From NCBI GenBank assembly GCA_964016885.1, contig OZ024746.1, forward strand, positions 54,064,001-54,128,000: a stretch of 64,000 bases of DNA, in the 5' to 3' direction. Under the pieces are notes generated by a model. It saw only the letters and a program-made list of their open reading frames with translations. It did not search any database and was not told the DNA's origin. How positions within the stretch are numbered: position 1 is the first letter of the stretch; each line of letters begins with the position of its first letter. The stretch comes from Eledone cirrhosa (taxonomy: Eukaryota). Positions 41,063-55,881 of the stretch are shown piece by piece. Position numbers and translations under genes: made by a program.

Positions 41063-41346
41063 GTGTAGACCATAAAGATAAACATGCAAAGACTAGATAA
41101 AAGGATTAATAATTCATTTACATTTTTTTGCCGCTCTAATACACACTACTGTTACGTAATGTTGCTATCAAACAATCACAAATTCGCCATATAAAATCTT
41201 AAGGGATAAATTTGTTAAGTAATATTTCTAACGCAATACTGGTTTTGATAAGCTGACTGACTTGTATTCCATGCTGCTCTTACAAGAGACCGTATGACTT
41301 TGAACGCTATATACTAGCGCAGGAGCACACACACCCACACACACAT

Positions 41347-41399
<53 letters not shown>

Positions 41400-42024
41400 T
41401 GTGAATGATGTATATTTAGGTATATGTTTATGCAGATATAATTATGTATGAAAGCATATTTACTCCCTTCCCCTATCTTGCACTCGCACATATACACACA
41501 ACATATATAAAATGAGATGCCACGAAATTGTCTCCTACTAAATTTCACTAACAAGACCTTGGCCAACCAAAAGCCATAATAAAGGACTTTTGCCCAAGTT
41601 GCCATGCCATGGACCTTAAACAGGAACGATGTGGTTACGAAGTGAATATTCTTAACCACACATCCATGTCTGCCCCAAACGGTAAATACTGGAATATTTA
41701 ATCGTCGGTCTTCCCGACGAGGGCTGATCTGTGATATTGTAACAGCAACAACTCAAACAATAACAACACAAGTAGGCATCTACAACACACTGTGTTTGAT
41801 TATATCATAAACTCGCAATGCACTTTTGATTAATCTTGCACCAGATAAATACAACGTAGTTTTGACTGCTGATACAACGTAGTTTGCATTAGTTTTGACT
41901 GCTGGTTCAAATTTAAAAAAAGAGAGCGATTGTTAGAAAGAAAGAGAGAAAAAATGTGAGATATAAGGAAAGTTTTAGAGAGATGGAGAGTACGAAGGAA
42001 AAAAGAGAGAACATTAGAGAAATG

Positions 42025-42081
<57 letters not shown>

Positions 42082-42282
42082 GTAAATTACACCTGATGAA
42101 GGATTAACATCCGTTACGTTGAACTTCTTTTTTGCTTGCTTTCTCTATCAAATGTGAAACTAATAATACTATTTTTATTATTGTATCTCTATATTTGTCA
42201 TTTTTTCAACTATTTATATGCCCCACCTTAAATAGGTGAATACAAATATATATATATGTATATAAAACACATACATATATAT

Positions 42283-42343
<61 letters not shown>

Positions 42344-42507
42344 TATTTCTCTAATTCTCTTTCTGGTAATAACTTTATTTGAGTGCTTATTTAAAGGCGA
42401 GTGTGAATATTTCCGTTAACTTTTATACAGCACAGCCGGGGTACAGGAACTTGATAATTAAGTCGTTGAAGCAGACGCATATACACATAGTTACTACTAC
42501 TACAACA

Positions 42508-42551
<44 letters not shown>

Positions 42552-42553
42552 CA

Positions 42554-42590
<37 letters not shown>

Positions 42591-43005
42591 TACAGCTAGT
42601 ATGAGAAGTGCCTGTTCAAAGAGCAGACACAGCTACCACTACTAGTCTATAAATTCCTGGATAGACATCTTAAATATTCTTCGATGTTACCGGACAAGCT
42701 CATTCAGATGATTCGTTGCCAAATCCAGGATTGCTTTGCAATTTACTTTTAGGTTATATACTTATTTATTCAACCGCTACAGCTTAGCATCGGGGAAAAC
42801 ACGTTGCAATGGATATATCAATAATTGTTTGATATTAATTTTATTAATTTTGTTGATAACCCCAATCGCTTTATTCAATTATTGCCATACTACTACTAAA
42901 TCTGAATGCGTATTCTCTGATTCTGATATTTACCTCAATTATCATTGAGCAAGATAGTGAGTGGCATGGTGGTGCTCTGCCCTAAGTGTTCAAAGCTTTG
43001 AATGG

Positions 43006-43600
43006 AAAACGATAAACGGAAAAAATGAAACGAAATTTCATTTCCCACTCTTAGTACGGCTGTTACTTAAATATAAGTATGTACACGTACATACATATAT
43101 GTATACAGACGTACAGTAGTATGTATATATATATATATAAATACATGCACACATATATATATGTACGTATGGATTCACCGAACATTTATTATAATGCTCG
43201 GTGTGTTTGTAAACAAACATCCCGTATCAAGCCGTAGTGTCTAGCAACCATCGTTGCACTGACATCGTTGCACTGACAAATGAACTGACAAATGAACGTT
43301 GTAGTAGTTTCAAGCTTATTAGCTATCGTCAGCAACGTATACCTTCCTGCCAGTTTGTTGAACATCTGAAAGTATATACTTTCCTTATGCATATTAACGG
43401 CTGAGTAGCCCAATTTGCATATCGAGTGGGTTAATCGGCCGGGTGCACCGAAAACGATAAACGGAAAAAATAAAACGAAATTTCATTTCCCACTCTTAGT
43501 ACGGCTGTTACTTAAATATAAGTATGTACACGTACATACATATATGTATACAGACGTACAGTAGTATGTATATATATATACATACATGCACACATATATA
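43006..43600 (-). repeat. Family B repeat, ~1.3 units, HHR at 43296-43338 (stem III mutated to ACTACT)
   Basis: ACGTTG-CTGACGA-TAGCTaataAGCTT-GAAA-CTAC-TA-CAACGT. Confidence 0.85.
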
Positions 43601-43604
43601 TAGT

Positions 43605-43770
43605 CTAACAAAGTTCTTTCGTTGCACATCTGCCACATCGTCAGTGGTGGTATTATGTGTCCTCCTGTTGTATTGTATGCCTACGCCATCTTTCAGTGAG
43701 TGTGTTCTGTTATTAATTCTGGCAATATTATTACACAAATATGACCCTATCCAAGTATAACAAAATTTAT
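43605..43770 (-). mobile_element. PLE 3' remnant with decayed HHR, related to 39060-39165
   Basis: Shared aagatggcgtagg, followed by ca-CTGACGA-tgtggcagatgtgcaac-GAAA-gaac-TT-tg. Confidence 0.55.
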
Positions 43771-43792
43771 AAATATATATATATATATATAT

Positions 43793-43836
43793 GTCTTTGA
43801 TGTGCAATTTAGTGGGCGGAATCTGCAGAAGCCCTT

Positions 43837-43896
<60 letters not shown>

Positions 43897-43938
43897 GGGC
43901 TTCTGCAGATTCCGCCCACTAAATTGCACATCAAAGAC
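43793..43938. repeat. Perfect 46-bp inverted repeat around a (CA)n(TA)n spacer
   Basis: 43793-43838 is the exact reverse complement of 43893-43938. Confidence 0.9.
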
Positions 43939-44489
43939 ACTGGTCAACCCTAAGCTACATTGGAGGACAATTGTCCATGAAAAACTGCAGCGAAATTGAA
44001 ACCTGAAGCACTATATATATATATATATGTGTGTGCGTGTGTGTGAGTGTGTGCGTGCGTGTGTGTATATATAAAGAGAGAGAGAATGAGAGAGAGAGGA
44101 GAAAATGAGAGGGGTAATAGAAATATAATGAGTGAGAGAGAGATAGAACTGTTGATTTTGTATCATTAACCTGGAAGTAATTGGTATCAATGCCAGGATG
44201 TCATTACAAGAATATTTATTACCAAATTCTACGATATTCTTCACTGATGGCTGCAACCTGCCGTCCACATTCTGCTTAAAGTACGGCAATAAACTTGCAT
44301 GAATAACTTTTATGGTCTTTCATTTGCATTCTTTCTAATTAATTTGTAATAAAAACTAACACAGTCCTGGACAATAGCTAAACGCGCGCCCGTACACACA
44401 CGCACATACAAATACATACACACACATGCACGCGTACACATACACACACACACATGCACGCACGCACACACACACGCACACACACATTT

Positions 44490-44628
<139 letters not shown>

Positions 44629-44916
44629 TATTTGTATATATATATATAAATATTTGTATATTTATATATGTAAAAAGTAAACATAAATAACAAAGCAAAC
44701 TACACAGTACAATGAAGAAATATGTTAGTTCAACGCTTGAATTAACAAGAGAAGATCATAATGTTTCGGACAACTATTCCTTCATCAAAAGGTAGAATTA
44801 GAAATAAAAGATAAAATAGGAATATAATGAGTGAGAAGAAGGTAGGCGGAGAAGAAAACACACGTGTATATTCAATCAGCCATTTTAGGGATTTGTGAGA
44901 TACCAACACACACGCA

Positions 44917-44965
<49 letters not shown>

Positions 44966-45314
44966 TTATTTTATTTTATATATATATATATCGATCCCGT
45001 AAGGATGAAAGGTAAAGTTAACCTCGGCGGGATTTGAACATAGACCATAAAGGGCCGTAACTCTTTGCTGCATGGCATGGCGTCCGACCCTATATTCGAT
45101 TCGTTTGCAATTATGAAAACAAGCCTCATTTTTAAAGCCATGTCAGTATCTGATATGCAAATCTGGCTGATCAGTGGATCTGCTAATATGCAGATCTCAC
45201 TGATCAGTCAGTCTGCTAATATACAAATCAGGCCGATCAGTCACTGTATATTTTAGAAAATAGCATATATTTTCACTAGCTCTGACAGTTGGCATGTGAA
45301 TATATATATTCATG

Positions 45315-45345
<31 letters not shown>

Positions 45346-45359
45346 CATACATGCACACA

Positions 45360-45441
<82 letters not shown>

Positions 45442-45808
45442 AGAGTGTTGTAGTTTGCTTAAACCTTAAAACCGTTGTGGGACATGAAATTAGGTTTCAC
45501 ATTAGAAGCCGCAATTTGTGATTGTAATTATGCAGGCAAATTATTGTCAAGGAACGGAATTGTGTAGTTGAGTGAAGAAAAGTAAGAAAAAAAAAAAAAG
45601 AAATAGTTAACACGTGCCACTCGATGGCACAGAAATACTCTCTGTGACATTTTGCGAAGTTTCCCATGGGACCAGCCTGTCCAAAACATAGGATCCAATA
45701 AATATTTCGAAGATAACATTAAATCTGGTTCTTTACTTTTACTTTTTTCTACAACTTCTCCACTCAATCTCCACCTGGATAAGATGTTTCTTGTTAAATT
45801 ACTTGTAT

Positions 45809-45998
45809 GGCGGTGGATTAGCAGTATCGGTAGAGGGTCGGACGCCATGCTTTGATGCATAGAGTTACGGCCCTTACCATTCTGAGTTCAAATCCCGCCA
45901 AGGTTAACTTTGCCTTTCATCTTTACGTTGTCGATAAAAGAGAGTACCAGTAATGCACTGGGTAATTGCTGGCCTTGTGCCAAAAGTAAAAACAATTA
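45809..45998 (+). mobile_element. SINE family 1 copy
   Basis: Consensus match. Confidence 0.85.
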
Positions 45999-46452
45999 TA
46001 TAACCTAGTACACAATGATTAAGAAGAGCATAGATATTCTTCTTCTCGTGTAAGCTCAGCGTCCAATCATTAATTGCATTGATAGTTGGCATCTAGTCTT
46101 GGTATTTCAATAAAAAATCGTTTTCTGATAATTAACAATAATTCTGAACTGTAAGTATACAAGGCTTTCACACCAGAACTGATGTGGCAGTTATATAACC
46201 AAACCTTAAAATACCTACAATGAGATTAAGTATAAGTTTATTATACATTGATATATTATATATAGGACCATATGCACCTTTAATTTGAATGAGGCTGGGT
46301 TAGTGCTATCACTAATTAATACAATCCAATCAAGCTTGCACAAAAATTAATGTAGGAACAAGTACAGTTTGTTTACAATGTACTTTATACACGCACGCAT
46401 TCATGCGCACACATACTCATTTACACACACACATACATACACATATATACAT

Positions 46453-46504
<52 letters not shown>

Positions 46505-46842
46505 GTATGTTATTAATCTTTGGTTATATATATGTATGTATATTAATCTCTGGTTATATATATGTATGTATATAAATAAATATATATGTGATTGATTAAA
46601 CTATATATATATATGTGTGTGTGTGGGTGTGTGTGTGTGTAATGTGTATAATTGATGTATATACGCACGAGGCATAGGCTATATGGTGTGTTTCAGTGTA
46701 TCATAGTTTCCACTATTTGCCTTAATCAGATTAGCTATAAATATTGAGTAGGTAAGTCACGTGCTCACTGTTTAGTCCATTAGAAATGTCAACGGACCAA
46801 CACAGTTGATACGGCGTTCGAATTAGAGTAGTTAAAGATTAG

Positions 46843-48456
46843 ATGGTGGTGGAGTTAGCATGGTGGTGGTGAGGGTTAGCACATTGGTGGTGGTGGTGGT
46901 GGTGAGTTTAGCATAGTAGTGGTGGTGGTGGTGATAAGGTTAGCACAGTGGTGGCGGTGGTGCGGGTTAGCACAGTGGTGGTGGTGGTGGTGATAAGGTT
47001 AGCACAGTGGTGGCGGTGGTGCGGGTTAGCACATTGGTGGTGGTGGTGGTGAGTTTAGCATAGTAGTGGTGGTGGTGGTGATAAGGTTAGCACAGTGGTG
47101 GCGGTGGTGCGGGTTAGCACAGTGGTGGTGGTGGTGGTGCGGGTTAGCACAGTGGTGGTGGTGGTGGTGATAAGGTTAGCACAGTGGTGGCGGTGGTGCG
47201 GGTTAGCACATTGGTGGTGGTGGTGGTGCGGGTTAGCACAGTGGTGGCGGTGGTGGTGGTGATGAGGTTAGCACAGTGGTGGCGGTGGTGCGGGTTAGCA
47301 CATTGGTGGTGGTGGTGGTGGTGGTGCGGGTTAGCACAGTGGTGGCGGTGGTGCGGGTTAGCACAGTGGTGGTGGTGGTGGTGGTGCGGGTTAGCACAGT
47401 GGTGGCGGTGGTGCGGGTTAGCACAGTGGTGGTGGTGGTGGTGATGAGGTTAGCACAGTGGTGGCGGTGGTGCGGGTTAGCACATTGGTGGTGGTGGTGG
47501 TGGTGGTGCGGGTTAGCACAGTGGCGGCGGTGGTGCGGGTTAGCACAGTGGTGGTGGTGGTGGTGATGCGGGTTAGCACAGTGGTGGCGGTGGTGCGGGT
47601 TAGCACATTGGTGGTGGTGGTGGTGGTGCGGGTTAGCACAGTGGTGGAGGTGGTGGTGGTGCGGGTTAGCACAGTGGTGGAGGTGGTGCGGGTTAGCACA
47701 GTGGTGGAGGTGGTGCGGGTTAGCACAGTGGTGGTGGTGGTGGTGATAAGGTTAGCACAGTGGTGGCGGTGGTGCGGGTTAGCACATTGGTGGTGCGGGT
47801 TAGCACAGTGGTGGTGGTGGTGGTGATGAGGTTAGCACAGTGGTGGCGGTGGTGCGGGTTAGCACATTGGTGGTGGTGGTGGTGGTGCGGGTTAGCACAG
47901 TGGTGGTGGTGGTGGTGATGAGGTTAGCACAGTGGTGGTGGTGCGAGTTAGCACATTGGTGGTGGTGGTGGTGATGAGGTTAGCACAGTGGTGGTGGTGG
48001 TGCGGGTTAGCACATGGTGGTGGTGGTGGTGTTAGCATAGTGGCGGTGGCGGAGGTGGTGTTGGTGAGGGTTAGCACATTGGTGTTGGTGGTAGAGTTAG
48101 CATAGTGGCGGTGGTGGTGGTGGAGGGTGGGTTAGTATAGAGGTGGTGGTGGTGAGGTCAACATAGTGGTGGTGGTGGTGGAGGTGATGTTACCATAGTG
48201 GTGGTGGTGTTGGTGGTGAGGTTAGCATAGTGGTTGTGGTGATGGTGGAGGTGAGGTTATCATAGTGGTGGTGGTGGTGGAGGTGAGGTTACCATAGTGG
48301 TGGTGGTGGTGGTGGAGGTGAGGTTACCATAGTGGTGGTGGTGTTGGTGGTGAGGTTAGCATAGTGGTGGTGGTGGTGGTAGTGGTGAGGTGAGAGTTAA
48401 CACATTGGTGGTGGTGGTGGTGGTGAGGGTTAGCACATTGGTGGTGGTGATGGTGA
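46843..48456 (+). repeat. G-rich minisatellite: (GGT)n spacers separated by GGGTTAGCACA / AGGTTAGCACA
   Basis: Roughly 50 units of ~21-39 bp, varying mostly in 3-bp steps; homogeneous centre and degenerate edges. Confidence 0.93.
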
Positions 48457-49740
48457 GGAAGGATCGGCCAAATAGATATTCTGGATCAGTCTATGGTGTA
48501 GGGTAGGGGAGAGTAGGATAGTTATTCTTATATGTTATGTTTACGGTATTAACTCTAAATTTAACATCAGCATCTTTTTTGTAAATAACCGGACAAGGAT
48601 TATATATGTATGTGTGTGTGTGTGTGTGTATGTATGTGTGCATGTATGTATATAGGTATGTATGTGTGTATGTATGTGTGTGTGTGTGTGTATGTTTGTG
48701 TGTATATGTATGAAAGTATGAATGTATGTATGAAAGTATGATTGTATATATGTATGCATGTATATATATATATGTATGTGTGGATGTATAAGTATGAATG
48801 TATGCATGTATGTAAGTATGCATGTATGTATGTATGTGTGATTACGCATGGTGTGAGTATATATGTGTGTATGCATGTATGAATACATGTATATGGATAT
48901 GTATCCACGTAAGTATTAATGTGTATATATTTATGTATATTTGGCATGAATGTATGTATATATACAACTATTAATAAAAGTATATTGTGTGCCTTGGCTT
49001 AGTGGTAAAGAGATTTGGATGAAGATTTTAAGGTCATGTAGCTCGACTACTAACGGTGCGGTTTGATTTTAAGCTGGGAAAACTGAAATGTACTAGTAAT
49101 TCAAACACATGTAATTCATACACACTGTATTATTGAGAATTATGATAAATGTACATATGTATGTGCAATGACCAACCTCTTGCGACATAGTCTTACGAAG
49201 TCGCTGTTTTGTTGCTTAAATTGAACGATCGACTTTCGACAAATCGGACCGGGGGAAACTATGTTTCCATTTGTCTTTCCAATTGCTAATACTATCTATC
49301 GGTCGCAACACCAGATAGAAGAAGCAACGTGAAATAAAGTGTCTTGCTCAAGGATATAACGTATCGCCCGGTCCAGGAATCGAACTCATAACCCCATGTT
49401 TGCGAATCCAATTCTCTAACCATTCAGCCACGCGCCTCCACTATCTTGATTAAACAAATGAAAAAAAATCTTCGTTGAAATTGATTGAGTTGCTACAAAA
49501 GCAACAACAATACACACACATAAGCACATAAGCGTACACATACACGCACGCATAAATACACACACGCCTGCGAAGACATATGTGTTATACTAAAAGCATT
49601 GTTTTTTTTATTAAGGAATTGTCTTAGTTCTTATATGCAAATTAACAAATCGGAGCACAGTCGTGTTTTCCATGTAACATATTTGAAAGAAGAGCTGTTA
49701 ACTAATTATACATATACGTAACGGACACACATAGACAGTT

Positions 49741-49773
<33 letters not shown>

Positions 49774-49837
49774 ATAGGTTGACGGAACTAACATGGGTAT
49801 CACTGCTACGACCGGTTGCATCTCAGCGTACTCAGTA

Positions 49838-50165
49838 AATAATTGTTTCTACTATTTGGCACAAGGCCAGCAATTACCCAGTGCATGACTGGTACTTTAT
49901 TTTATCAACCCCGTAAGGATGAAAGGCAAAGTTAACCTCGACGGGATTTGAACGCAGACCGTAAAGCGACGTAACTATTTTGGAAAGCATCGCGTCCGAC
50001 CCTCTACCGATACTGCCAATCCAGCCTCAATAAATAATTGTTTCTACTTTCGGTACAAGGCCAGCAATTATCCAGTACATTACTGGTACTTTATTTTATC
50101 GACCTCGTAAGGATGAAAGGCAAAGTTAACCTTAGTGGGATTTGAACTCAGATCGTAAAGGGACG
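49838..50165 (-). mobile_element. Two tandem SINE family 1 copies
   Basis: Reverse-complement consensus twice (49838-50028 and 50033-50165). Confidence 0.85.
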
Positions 50166-50367
50166 ATGTTGTTAAATATACTCCCAGAGTATACTCATAG
50201 TTATTCGCTTCGATAAAGGGTGTCTCAAAAATTGGAAAGACCAATGGAAACATTATTTCCTCGGCCGGATTTGACGAAAGTCGATCGACTGTTGATATAT
50301 ATATGGGTTAATCACTCCCTTGATTAAATCTTAACCATTTAACATCTCAGGGTATGTCATGTATCAT

Positions 50368-50426
50368 TATATTTTGTCTGATGAGGACCTACTGTTGTAC
50401 ATCCGAAATATGTATAATAAAATGTA
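50368..50426 (+). ncRNA. Type I hammerhead in a solo pLTR-like remnant
   Basis: TATATTTTGT-CTGATGA-GGA cctactgttgtaca TCC-GAAA-TATGTA-TA-ATAAAATGTA; 10-bp stem I including GU pairs. Confidence 0.75.
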
Positions 50427-50896
50427 ATTGATCAAAAGAACATCTATTTTATTAATATTTATATTTTAATATTAATAATTCCGGAAAATTATTTTATTCG
50501 TAGAGTGCTTCCAATCTACTGTAAAACTCATTCTTTGACATAATCATTGAATATCGTTTAACACTTTAATATATATATATATATATATATATTTACATGG
50601 AGAGATATTAAAGAAACAAAGAGGTGATACATGCAGATAGACATAGATGCATACCTACCTATCTACCTACATATCTATCTATCCACATATCTAGCTATCA
50701 GCCTACTTACCTAGCTACATACACACATACATAGGTTTCATTACACAAGGAAGGTATATTCACAAATCAACAACATAGACACATATTAAAATAATATTTA
50801 TGGATTTTGACTTATCTTTTAACAGAGACTGAGGTAAGAGATAAGATTTAATCTCTCGCTTCTCCCTTTCTCACTCTCTGTATATATATATATATA

Positions 50897-50938
<42 letters not shown>

Positions 50939-51524
50939 TATGCATATATATATATATATGAGTGTGTTTTTCAGTTGGTCGCTGTTTGTACCTGAGCATA
51001 CCATCTTTTTATAACGAAATCCAAATATAATGCAAGTATGTATGTATATGTTCATGTATGTATGCGTGTTTATATGTATATTTATATGCGGACGTGTATG
51101 TATATGTGGGGTGGGGTGGGTGGGTTCATATATATATATATATGTAATTTATATATGTGTAATTCTAATCACTTTTAAGAAATATATTTAAAACTTGAAA
51201 TAAGTAATTCGGACAAGGAAAGCAAAATATGTATGACCCCCCCCCCCCCCCCCCCCGCATCTACACACCAATATTTGGAATTATATAACAAATCTATATA
51301 TATTTTTTCTCAAAAATGGCTGACTGAATATGAATGTGTGTGTTTTTTTTCAAATATTTTCCTCTTTTCTTTCTCGACCTTTCTATTTAATCTTTTATTT
51401 CTCATTCTATGTTCTGATGAAGTACGAGTGTCCGAATCGTAAATACTCTTTTCCTACTATATCAAACGTTAAACTAATATAATTTTTCACAGCACTATGT
51501 TGTTTGCTTCGTAATTTCTGTCTA

Positions 51525-51592
<68 letters not shown>

Positions 51593-51854
51593 ATGTGTGT
51601 GTGTGTCTCTCTCTCTGTGTGTGTATGTGTGTGTGCGTTTAGGTGTGTGTGTGCGTGTTCGTGTATAGAACAATGAAAACAAGACAGAAGTCAGTGGTAA
51701 TTAGTTAAATTAATTCAATGTTTTACGATCGTTTCAGAAGGTAGATTGATCGTGGAATATCGATGTATCGACTAGCATGGTAGTAGTTAGTTTACCACCT
51801 ATTTCTAGTATCAAAATTATTGTTCGAATGACTGTCCTCTTCCAGAATGTTAAA

Positions 51855-51926
<72 letters not shown>

Positions 51927-51928
51927 TA

Positions 51929-52296
51929 CAGAGTTAGTCAAAATTATGTTAACATTTTCTCTATCAAACATTTCCAAATCGTGGGATAGGTCGCAGTGGA
52001 CCATCGGCATGGCCTGCCCACTGCTCTGACCTGACACCCTGTGTCGTCTGGTTGTGGGGCATGGTAAAGGAGCGCGTGTATAGCAAAAAAGTTACAGACG
52101 TCGATGAACTCAAGGACAGAATACAAGGTGTCGTATCAAGTATTCACCGCGAAATGTGTGTCAAGGCACTAAATTGTACTGTTGATCGCTGGTTTTTGTG
52201 TATTGATCATGGTGGTGATCAGGTTAAGACTGTTCAGTAAATTCTGAATAAATGATTTCTCCCATACTAGTGTTAACATAATGTTGACTCACCATG
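51929..52296 (+). mobile_element. Internally deleted Tc1/mariner-superfamily transposon
   Basis: ~26-bp TIRs (CAGAGTTAGTCAAAATTATGTTAACA and TGTTAACATAATGTTGACTCACCATG) flanked by TA; FPNRGIGRSGPSAWPAHCSDLTPCVVWLWGMVKERVY resembles the WPPRSPDLTPxDxxLWG motif. Confidence 0.88.
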
Positions 52297-52336
52297 TATA
52301 TATATATATATATATTTGTAAAACTGTTATATATTG

Positions 52337-52401
52337 TATTTTGTCTGAAGAAGGCATACCATAATTTAATTTGCTATCCCTGAAATATTTATAATGAAAT
52401 A
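52337..52401 (+). ncRNA. Type I hammerhead in a solo pLTR-like remnant
   Basis: TATTTTGT-CTGAAGA-AGG...CCT-GAAA-TATTTA-TA-ATGAAATA. Confidence 0.65.
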
Positions 52402-52434
52402 AATATGGTTTTATAAATATAGTTTATTAATATC

Positions 52435-52513
<79 letters not shown>

Positions 52514-52788
52514 AATATCACCAGGAACTTGCAGTTCAAACGGCAACAGCTCGGCTGTCGTTATTATATATACATATATATAAATATATATATATATATA
52601 TATTTCATGAACAAACAAGACAAAAACGGAGATGCAAAAGCGCAAAGTTTTGATAGTTTCACGCTTGAGAGGAAGTAAAGGAGAGTTTCAACATAGCGCA
52701 CATAACAAGTAAGCACGTTCGGAGAGAGAGAGAATAATATATATATATATATATATATACATATATACCTCTCGCTCTCTCTCTAAAA

Positions 52789-52871
<83 letters not shown>

Positions 52872-52892
52872 TATGTATATATATATAAAGAA

Positions 52893-52937
<45 letters not shown>

Positions 52938-53242
52938 GAGAGATAGAGAGATACAGAGAGAGAGAGAGAGACCCAATCTATTCTATAGATTCTATAATTA
53001 ATGAAGGCTGTGATATTTACTTTGTAGTCTCGAACATAAGTTTTAAATGGGACTGCAACATGACAACAACAAAATTACTCGTAAAATAAATGACTGTAAA
53101 TGCAAACACACAAAATAATGAGCTACCATTAATTCGTTACTTAGATGTTAATTGGCACAAAGGAATAAGAAATAATTAATAGTAGTATTCAGGGGGTGTA
53201 TATCGTCTCTCGCTTAAGCACGCAGTTCATTGTGATATCAGA

Positions 53243-53304
<62 letters not shown>

Positions 53305-53335
53305 TAAAGAAAGGATGAAGTTATATATATATAAC

Positions 53336-53392
<57 letters not shown>

Positions 53393-53588
53393 CATGTATA
53401 GAAACGTATATTTACCTACATGCGTGTATTCAATAATTATTTTAAATAGGTAGTCAGCAAATTAGAACGTAGCGTTTTCTTTGGATTTTCTGTGTTGTGA
53501 GTTCAAACTTCACTGAGTAAGCTCTACTTTTCATTTCTTTTCAGAATCCATAAAGATTAAACACACACCCACCCACACACACATACAC

Positions 53589-53638
<50 letters not shown>

Positions 53639-53672
53639 GTAATAATAAATTTGAAGACTAAAATTTATTTTA

Positions 53673-53731
<59 letters not shown>

Positions 53732-54200
53732 CACCCCTCTACACACACACACGCACATAAATGCCCATGTATATAAATATATATATATATATATATAAGC
53801 ACTAACAGCGAGATGTATAAAATTCACATTTATGGAAAGAGGTTTATATGTATGTTTATAATAAATAAATAAATATGTATTTAAGCAGGTGTATATGCAC
53901 ATATCTGAAGGTGCGTGGCTTTCTGGTTAGTGTATTCGGCTTACAATAATTAATAAGGTCATGAGTTCGATTTCCAATGGTACTTTTTTGCCCGTTGCTC
54001 CTGTCCACTCAGTTGACAAAAAATCAATTGTACCTGTCCCATTTTGTGTCACACTGAATCTTCCTGAGAGCTAAGTTAAAAGTATACGTGTTTGAGGAAT
54101 GGTCAGCTACTTGCACGTTAATTTATTTCAAGAGCAGGCCTTTCCGTTGATCGCATCAACAGGAATACTCGTCGTCGTAACCGACGGAGAGCCATTATTA

Positions 54201-54294
<94 letters not shown>

Positions 54295-55161
54295 TATATA
54301 GCTCCTGAAATACACATATTCATATTTATTATAATACACATATTGCATCTATTTCCACAAATTTTCATGAGTGCTACTGGTATTATGTAACTCAGTACAA
54401 CCTGTCACATGGTCGGGTTGTCGGTGACTAAACCGGTGACCCCACCGCGCTTGCTTGGTGAGGAGTGTGAATTTGGGACACACTGCGGGATGAAAAATGA
54501 AACCGTCAAAGGGTAAAATAACTCTTGAGAGTCAATGGCCATCCAATCCCTGAGGTATGTTGTTCACTGAGTTCGTGGTAAACTTATGCACCAACCCTTT
54601 GTTATCAATATTTACGAAAAGTGTGGCTGGCTCAACAGAAGCCTTCACCAATATAAACAATTCATTTCTATGGATACCTCAACAGCCTTACCACTTTTTG
54701 CTCACCATACAGAGAGATGGGGAGGGCGAGAAAGATGGAGGCGATGACAGTGGGAGTTCGGCTCTTCCACGTTCGGACCATGTCCTTGTCGCTGTGTTTA
54801 TTATCTATATAGAAAATTATTTATTTCCCTTCTTATATATACACACACACATTGTGTGTATGTGTGTCTGTGTGTGCGTGTGTTGTAGAGAATTACAGTT
54901 ATAAGGCACGTCCACGGATGGCGGATAATGGAACGGGTTTTGGACAGATAAAGCTGTTCACTGCGAGTAATCATTATTCATGGTCAATAACCAGAGTCAT
55001 AACAACAAAGTGGCCTTCATTTTATTCCAGTCGATGAAGCTAGGGGCTGTAGTGTTTATTTTTATCCTCGATTTTTGTTCTTGCTCTTTTAACAAAATCA
55101 CACATAGAAACAAACATACACACACGCTAACATACATATCTATATACAATAATATATATAA

Positions 55162-55352
55162 TAATTGTTTCTACCTTTGGCACAAGGCCAGCAATTATCC
55201 CAGTGTATTACTGATACTTTATTTTATCGACCCCGTAAGGATGAAAGGCAAAGTTAACCTCGGCGGGATTTGGACTCAGAATGGCAATGGACGTAACTCT
55301 ATGCGTCAAAGTATGGCGTCCGACCCACTACTGATACTGCCAATCCAACGCC
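55162..55352 (-). mobile_element. SINE family 1 copy
   Basis: Reverse-complement consensus match. Confidence 0.85.
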
Positions 55353-55365
55353 CTTATATAATAAT

Positions 55366-55548
<183 letters not shown>

Positions 55549-55687
55549 GAGAGAGAGAGAGAGAGAGTATGCTCCGTCCGAAATCATTAGACGTCGAACC
55601 TGCGGGTCCTGAATCAGACAGATTCACACAATGATCGTGTCTCGAGCTGTCCGCCGGCGAAACAATTGTAACACACAATAAATTGAG

Positions 55688-55752
<65 letters not shown>

Positions 55753-55881
55753 TGTGTGTGTCCCAAAATATATATAATCACTTCAAACGCATTCTAATAA
55801 ATATGTGTATACGAAATTTCAATACATATATGTATACAGCTATGCATGAAGCTAATTCCTACTTCTATTATATATATATAT

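Noticed and set aside
45140-45250. ~33-bp x 3 local tandem repeat
   Set aside because: Ordinary degenerate minisatellite with no further structure seen.
46843-48456. CRISPR-like repeat/spacer array or Thr/Val-rich coding repeat
   Set aside because: The spacers are just (GGT)n variants rather than unique sequences, there are no cas genes, the context is eukaryotic, and the reading frames are interrupted.
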